From Octopus bimaculoides (lineage: Eukaryota), in contig NC_068987.1 of NCBI RefSeq assembly GCF_001194135.2, forward strand, positions 75,176,730-75,240,729: a stretch of 64,000 bases of DNA, in the 5' to 3' direction. The position numbers and the translations under genes were made by a program. Under the pieces are notes generated by a model. That model made no database searches. It was not told where the DNA came from and saw only the letters and a list, made by a program, of their open reading frames with translations. Positions 14,270 to 64,000 of this stretch are shown here, one piece after another (the first letter of the stretch is position 1; every line of letters begins with the position of its first letter).

Positions 14270-14739
14270 CAGACAGCGTACCTAACACTGCAATATTTAA
14301 TGTATACTTCCATTTATAAGACGGTAGCATATAATTTCAGGGCGATTTGGTTGCTATTTTTAGCAGGTCGAGCGTCTGCATAGAGGCTTTCTTGTTCATA
14401 CAGTATATCATTGTATATCACCATAGCATAGTGGATGTCCAGATATGCTTCTATAGCGAACCAGTCGTGTATACATTCGAAGAAATAATTACGAGTGTGT
14501 ACAACATACTTTGTATGACTAACTGCACGTACACTTTAATGACATACATACTTTTATAATAACATTCCGGTTGTATGTGCATCAGAGCAAATAAAACTAT
14601 GTATAACAGAGGTTTGTATTGTGTGTGTGTAATTGATAGATTGTGTACGTAGCATATAGCAACTGTTTTGTAAGCAATAACAGACAGAAAATAAGGACAA
14701 AGAAGACAATAAAATACATCAACAACAAAACAGCGTTAC

Positions 14740-14880
14740 CTTTTCGTTGGAAGAGAAATTTTTACTGCAAACGTTCAAACAAGACGAAACGTCCTCGAAG
14801 AATTGGCCAAAATTTGCTTGGGTTAAGGCCACAAAAAACACAGAGAAGATCAACAAATGAAAGCGAGCGTTGAGCGCCAT
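14740..14880 (-). CDS. First coding exon of a secretory/type I membrane protein, TMEM59-like (tentative): MALNARFHLLIFSVFFVALTQANFGQFFEDVSSCLNVCSKNFSSNEK
   Basis: aaaATGGCG start, hydrophobic signal peptide ending TQA, a CxxxC resembling TMEM59 FDSVLGDTASCHRACQLTY, and an AAG|gtaacg donor. There is no nearby upstream AG, so it is probably exon 1. The exon is well supported; the family identity is not confirmed because no exon 2 was found. Confidence 0.6.
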
Positions 14881-14924
14881 TTTGTGTGTTAGTGTTAAGG
14901 TGAAGGGATAGTTAGTCACGTGAT
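14876..14924. promoter_or_regulatory. Promoter motifs: YY1-like CAAAATGGCG overlapping the ATG, and E-box/CLEAR-like GTCACGTGAT (14915-14924)
   Basis: Both motifs read directly. GTCACGTGAT matches the CLEAR consensus GTCACGTGAC at 9/10 and lies in a locally CpG-rich zone. Confidence 0.55.
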
Positions 14925-17012
14925 AACCAAGGGAGGTAAGTACAGTAAACGTATTTTTTTAATAGAATTTACGTAATTCTATTAATTTCTTTTTCCGACG
15001 CGCTAGTCTATTATTCGGTCGTTCTTACCGCAAGAAATATCAAAAGATCTTTCTCTGATGACCTTGTGATGTTTTAAATAAGGAAAGAAGGCACTGAATA
15101 ATAATACAGTACATCTAAAAAAAAAACGGATAGTCACGGTTGGAATGTCTGTGGTTATAGTTCTCCTGGAACAGGAGACCAAACTACAATACTCATTTCT
15201 TTTTTAATGGTCATGCAAATTGGCAGAGTCTGTAGACCGACGTTCTGAATAATGTACGCAATGTAGTCCCGTTGCTTTCTGTTCTGAGATCAATCATTGA
15301 TTAGTATAGCTTTTCTCATTGCGTATTTATTTCAGTTTGTTTTCAATTGTCTAAATATTAACTAGGATAACACAACATGATGTAGTAAGCCTAACATGCA
15401 TGATTTAGTAAACTTATTTTAATTCTATTCATACCTTTAATGACGAGCACAATGATCTCATCACTAAAGCGTTTTTCTTGTCTTTCTGAATTACAAAATT
15501 CTAATCAGAAAAGACAAAATATAAAACCTCAAAATGTCAATGAATTAAATATGTTGAGTGAGCCTGAGCTGTAACGACAGTGTGGTGTCAACTCCTGAAC
15601 AGAGCTGTCTTGGCAATGACAGGCCCCCAGGCAAATCAGGTCATTGGGTTCTATTGTATTTATCTATTGACAACAAACCACAACATACATCAAAATTGGA
15701 CCCCTAAACCCTTGGGTCTCCTGGGTAACTTCTCAGTGTGCTGATGCTTTAAGACAGTGTTCCTGACATCTTTCAGTCTTATTTGACTACCTCTTCCGCC
15801 TCATCATTATTTGATGTTCATTTTTTTTCTATGCTTGTATGGGTCAAATGGAATTTGTTGAGGCACATTTTCCAAGGTGAGATGCACTTCCTATTGTCAA
15901 TCCTCACCTGTTTCCAAGCAAGGTAATATTTTCTTATAGCTGGACATGTTTCTCACTGAAGGATGGAAATGAACAACCTTGCATGTATGATGATGATGTA
16001 TTATTCAATCCAGGAATGCACTGAGATGGATGGTTGTGGAAATTGATGACAGAATATCCAGGATGGGTGGATAGAAGGAATAAAAATATGATAGAAATAG
16101 AGTGAAAGAGGTGGACAATGACAAGCCTGAATGATGACTGGGCATATCAAGTACAAACAGATCCAACCAGTATAATCCGTTCTACTAAAGGCACAAGGCC
16201 TGAAATTTTGGGGGACGAGGCTAGTCGATTAAACTGATCCCAGTACATAACCGGTACTTAATTTATCAACCCTTAAAGGATGAAAGGCAAAGTTGACCTC
16301 GGCAAAATCTAAACTCAGAGCCTAGCGATGGGTAAAATACCACTAAGCATTCTGTCCAGCGTGCTAACGATTCTGCCAGCTCAGTGCCTTATAACACTCA
16401 ATATGATGAGTCCTTTTTTTCTTTAATTCTTTCTTTATGCTTGTACATTATATAATCCTTAACCTTAATGTCAGTAGCCATCCCCTAGTTTATGAAAAAA
16501 ATACAAAAATCCTTGTACAAAACTGTGCGCTTCACAGCTCCAGTGATGCAGTGTTTGGCTGTTGTGCGCATGCTTGTATGAGATAGGAAGCACCATGCTA
16601 GGGAGAGAGAACACTGTGGTTCACGCATTGACTCCGCAGGTGTTGTGCTTAAAAACGTGTTTATATTCTTGAATGTGATAAGTGTAGAATTAGATTATTG
16701 TCCTGCTTCCAGCTGAAGTGTTGCTGCCAGGGTTTGAAAAGTAGGGCAGATTCCCCACCCCCTTTATTTTGTGATTTAAGGGGGAATTTTGAAAAACAAG
16801 GGGAAATTCGCGGCAGTGTTCAGTGAACAAGTGGCTAAAAGACAAACTGACCAAGTTTATGCATAAATATTCTTTTTATATGTTTGTTTCCTTTTACAGA
16901 ATATTAAAACAATGGCTTAAAAAATTTTCTGAAGCAGCACCCCATTAATTTTATCTACGAGCTGCCACTAGATCCAACACAATTCCTTTAGAATCTGCAT
17001 GGTAGATATGTA

Positions 17013-18298
17013 CAAAGGTGGGCTGAAAAATTCATAGGCTGACCACAATGCAATGGTCGAACTTGACCAAATAAGTTTTATTTTTTGACATAGTCTTCCC
17101 TGCAGTCCAAACACTTCTTCCATTGGTGTTGCAGTGCTTGGGTTCCTGTGGTATAGAAGCTCTCATCCTGACCCTCAGAAAAGTCCTCAACAGCAGATAT
17201 GACCTCATCATCGGTCCAATACTGCTTCCCACAGAAGTTTTTTTTTTCATGTTGGGGAATAGAAAATAGCCACATGGTGCCAAATCAGGAGAATATGGAG
17301 GGTGATCAACCAGTTCAAAGACACAGTCATGCACAGCAGCTATTGCAAGCACAGACTTGTGTGCAGGAGCATTGTTCTGGTGAAGCAGGACCCCACTTCA
17401 TCAGTTTTTCAGGTCATTTTGACTTGATTGCCTTTCGCAGCTGCCTCGGCAACTTGGCATAGTATTCTCCATTGATAGTATGGTCTTTCTGAAGATAGTC
17501 AATGAACACAATGCCCTCTGCATCCCAGAAGATGGAGGCCATCACCTTCCCTGCTGATTATACCACCATGGCCTTCTTTGGTGAGAGAGAAGACAGGTGT
17601 TTCCACTGCATGGACTGCCGTTTGGTCTCTGGCTCAAAGTGGTGATCCCCACATTCATCTTGGGTGAGGAAAAGATCAAGAAAACCGACTGGGTTTGCTT
17701 CAAAAAGTGCCAAGTTCACCTGCAACATGACCAGCCTGGTGTGCTTTTGATCAGGTGTCAAAGGTTGTGGCATCCACTGAGTGGAAACCTTCGACATGCC
17801 AAGTTTGTTATGCAGAATGTTCTCAACTCGTTCACAGAAGATGCTCACAGCATTAGTTATCTGATTAACATTTAAATGTCTGTCATCTATCACCATGTGG
17901 TGAACAAGGTCAATGTTTTCTTGGGTGGTGGCTGTGGCAGGACCTTGGGTCATCTTCAAGACTTTCCCTACCTCTCTTCAGCTACCCACTTTTGCACTGC
18001 TGATAAAGCTGGAGCATCATCCCCTAATGTAGCAACCATGTCAGCATGAATGTCCTTGGGGGATAACCCCTTTTTTTCTGTAGATATTTGATAACATCAC
18101 GTGCCAAATTTTATCCATTTTCACAAAATGTCTCTAGTACCACTTTTCCAAGTCCTCAATTCTATATTCAATGTGGGTTTATAAGGAAAAAAAACATGCA
18201 GTTAGCATCAGTAAAGGTTGAATGTAATGCATGCCAAGTTTAATTGCTGTATGATAACTCCTTCTTAGTCAGCCTATGAACTTTTCAGCCCACCCTTG
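17013..18298 (-). mobile_element. Full-length (1286 bp) mariner element with disrupted transposase
   Basis: TA flanks (17011-12, 18299-300) and ~31-bp TIRs CAA(A/G)GGTGGGCTGAAAA(A/G)TTCATAGGCTGAC. Motifs WMPQPLT, TQDEC, HPPYSPDLAP; stops and frameshifts present. Confidence 0.96.
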
Positions 18299-18829
18299 TA
18301 AAGTGATAAACATGATGGCAAGAGATGAATACCTGCAGATAGCTTCATTCTTTGTCACCGTGAAAAGAAGACTATCAGAGATGTGGGTTGTCAGACAGGA
18401 TAAACTTTGCTATACAAACAGTATTGTACAATGAAAACAAGAGATCTACCGTCATCTTTAGATACACCAGCAATGTAGAACAGTGTACAGAAGAGAGGAA
18501 AGAGAAGCGAGAGTTTATGATGAGGCAGCGGATGTAGACTTACTAGGAATGATGAAGTTAAAAACATGTGTAGATGCTTTTCAACCTTCATCATTAGTAC
18601 AAGTTTTTAATGCTTTTAACATTTGTTTTATCATACTTGTACAAGTGGGTTAGTCTTCTCTATTACTGCATATTGCCAGACAGCTCAATCCTTTGTCATT
18701 CCTTCTTTGAGATATAACATTCTGAGATCAACCCCCACAATATATCCCATATCTTTCTGGGTTTCTTTTTCCTCAAGTTCTATCAACTTTGAGTGCCCTG
18801 CACTTCTTTACATGCCTGCCATCCTCCAT

Positions 18830-19160
18830 ATGTGTCACATGCTCATATCAGTGTGGTCTTTTCTCTTGCCCACTACATCTGATTCCTCTTATATCTAGGT
18901 CTTTCTCAGTTTATTTGTACCCTACTGTTCATGCACACAAATATTATACATCCAGTGGAGCATGCTAGCTTCATTTCTTTCTAGTATTCACAAATCCTCT
19001 GTATTCAAGGCTCACATCACCCCTACCATGCAACACTGCATTTTGTACACAAGTACCATATAATCTGCCTTTCATTCTGAGAAAGAAATTCTTTGAAACT
19101 AGCAGGCATAATAGCTTCATGAACTTCATCTAACCTGTTCTTACTCTAATTGTTATACTT
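18830..19160 (-). mobile_element. Decayed RTE C-terminal fragment
   Basis: Similar to 30330-30500 and 55450-55600. Confidence 0.6.
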
Positions 19161-20124
19161 CTGGAAAACCCACATTTAATTTTGATGGGTATGAGAATCC
19201 TTCAACAATTCCTGTCATCAAGATAAAAAGCTAGGAGTCTAATCATAAAATGTCCACAGTACCACTGATTGTATTTAATGTTTGTGTTGGAAAGACTGTT
19301 AGCCTCATTTGAACACACAAACCTGTAGTCCACAGGATAGTACATAATGGTGTTATGGATTAAAGATTTTTATAACGGTCACAAGATCAATATTACACAG
19401 TCATACATTAAAAAAACAAAAAAGACTTAAAAAAACACCTTACACTTAACTGGGTAATAATAATTGTTAAATAACACTGGCCTCGAAACTGAACCTTGAG
19501 GTACGCTAGGGAATTAGAAGTGTAACTCTTACATGACATTTCATATCCATCAGCTCTGAAATGACTAAACTGATAGAACACAAGATAATAAACTAAGATA
19601 TTGGTGGTTCATATTCTAACACCACCATTCTGTTTTGTATAAGTCAAAGACACTTAATCTTAATTACCAAGTTCACCTTACTCTAAGCAGACATTTCAGC
19701 AGGTAGGCTTCATTGTTTTCAGTAATGACTGCACTACACAACTGACAGGAGATTTGCTGGCTTTCCATACAGAAGTGCAGTTTATCGTAAGTGAAGAAAG
19801 AGAAAGAGAGAAGACAGACTAGTGTCTAATTCAGTGGAAGATTGATCTGTCATCCGCTGAATGTGGTCATGATGATTAAAATAATGACAACAAAAATTAT
19901 TTCATTGTTGTTGTTGATAATGATGATGAGGGTGATGGTGAAAACGATGTCACAAGTGATGATAATGGTGATGATGCCACCAATGATGATTCTTGATAAA
20001 CTATAGCAATTCTGGCTTTGTACAATGAAAATCAAACAGGATTGTACTGGTTCTCAATAGATAAAGCAACAATGGCTAGAACAACAATAGCATCAATAAA
20101 AACAAGCTGTTAGACAAGGGAATG

Positions 20125-20130
20125 TTTATT
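20125..20130 (-). terminator. Candidate THOC1 polyadenylation signal (AATAAA)
   Basis: Minus-strand AATAAA about 790 nt past the stop, followed by a U/GU-rich tract (ttgtttttattg). Confidence 0.4.
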
Positions 20131-20394
20131 TTTTTTTCTTTTTGTTTGATTAAACTTAAGAGACAGATAACCTGGAAAAATGTATAAAAAGTCCAACAGG
20201 TTTTGTTTTGTATTTTTTTTTTCAGTTTCTTTTTTATAGATAATACTATTCCGGATTTGTTAAGCTATAAATCTGTCTTTTAAATTTCATTTAATAAGAT
20301 CAGGTTGAGCTGAACAAAATGATGTTGGATTAAATGGAATCCTACTAGATATACAGCTAACACTGCAAATATGCACCCTTGCTCAGTGGATTGA

Positions 20395-20847
20395 AACAGT
20401 GTTGAATAAAATGAGATGCTTTTTCACATGACAGCAATGTCCCATTTTAATCCAGTATTCAATAAAGTGGGACCATATAAGACATAGTAGTAACAGTGTC
20501 TCATTTTACCCCAGTACCAAATAAAATGGGATACTTTTTCACATAATAATAATTCCCCATTTTTATCAAGTGTTCAATAAAGTGGGACAATATAAAACAC
20601 AGTAGTAACAGGTGTCCCATTTTACCCCGGTGCTGAGTAAAATAGGATACTTTTTCTCATAGTAGCAATGTCCTGTTTTAATCCAGTTTTGAATAATATG
20701 GGACAATATAAAATACAGTAGTAATAGTGTCGCATTTCAATCCAGTGTAGACCAAAGTGGGCAAGTATGAAACATAATAGTATCATTTCATTTCATTCAA
20801 GTGTTGAATAAAACGGGACAATATAAAACATGGTAATAATGTCCCAG
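20395..20847. repeat. Degenerate tandem array of ~7.5 x 57-59 bp palindromic units in the THOC1 3'UTR
   Basis: Units tgtcccatttta-N12-taaa(a/g)tgggaca start near 20438, 20497, 20554, 20613, 20669, 20728, 20784, 20840; the linkers alternate. Confidence 0.85.
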
Positions 20848-20917
20848 TCCCTTGAAATGAAACTCTGTTGAATCCTTGGCAGAGTGTGTTTATCACAGAG
20901 GACATGGATGCGTTTCA

Positions 20918-63673
<42,756 letters not shown>

Positions 63674-64000
63674 CTGTAACAGATACCAATGATAATAAAG
63701 GTAAGGATATAGGTGAGGATGACATACTAAAAGGAAATTAAAGTTTTCAAAGTGAATGATAGTTAACACTTATATTCTTAGGGCATTATTCATATCTACT
63801 ACAGTACATGGGTGGACTACAATATGCAAAATGTAAAACTTGTTTGCAAAACTTTAGAAACTTTCAAGAGCAAAAGTTTAGCACTTGGATTTATGGTGTT
63901 AAGAGGAAGATAGATACCACTCTGGACAGGATGTCACTTTATTGTTTCTAAGATCCTCAATTAGCTGGGACAATGAAAGGGAAGTGTTTTCTCCAGAAAA

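Noticed and set aside
15435-15485. Minus-strand exon-like 51-mer (AAG|gtatga) upstream of the 14880 ATG
   Set aside because: There is no acceptor near the 14880 exon for it to splice into.
20395-20800. Iron-responsive elements (several CAGTGN loops)
   Set aside because: They are on the strand opposite THOC1 and lack the bulged C plus 5-bp upper stem geometry.
20395-20847. CRISPR-like look (palindromic repeats with linkers)
   Set aside because: Eukaryotic context, no cas genes, degenerate repeats, and the linkers are themselves repeated rather than unique spacers.

Overview
Eukaryotic, AT-rich, repeat-dense scaffold with six N-gaps. The repeat families and microsatellites suggest an octopus (inference). 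The main gene is THOC1 (THO complex subunit 1) on the minus strand. I assembled 13 GT-AG exons by hand (63673 down to the stop at 20918). They give 480 in-frame residues including the C-terminal death domain; the 5' part lies beyond the right edge. A second minus-strand gene starts at 14880 with a signal peptide and a CxxxC exon (TMEM59-like, tentative). It has a YY1/Kozak start and a CLEAR-like E-box; I found no further exons for it. The rest is mostly TE debris: a fossil Ty3/Gypsy, a near full-length L1/Tx1 LINE, many 5'-truncated RTE LINEs with a VNTR 3'UTR, an R4/Dong-like LINE, a Penelope GIY-YIG end, three mariners, an IR/DR Tc1, piggyBac-type MITEs and tRNA-derived SINEs. The most interesting signals are: two hammerhead-ribozyme-like motifs (one with a non-canonical core, sense within a THOC1 intron), a ~58-bp hairpin array in the THOC1 3'UTR, long exon-flanking inverted repeats, a 9-bp-TSD foldback MITE carrying telomeric hexamers, and hints of a divergent/antisense plus-strand spliced transcript. 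All alignments are by eye or from memory; no searches were run.
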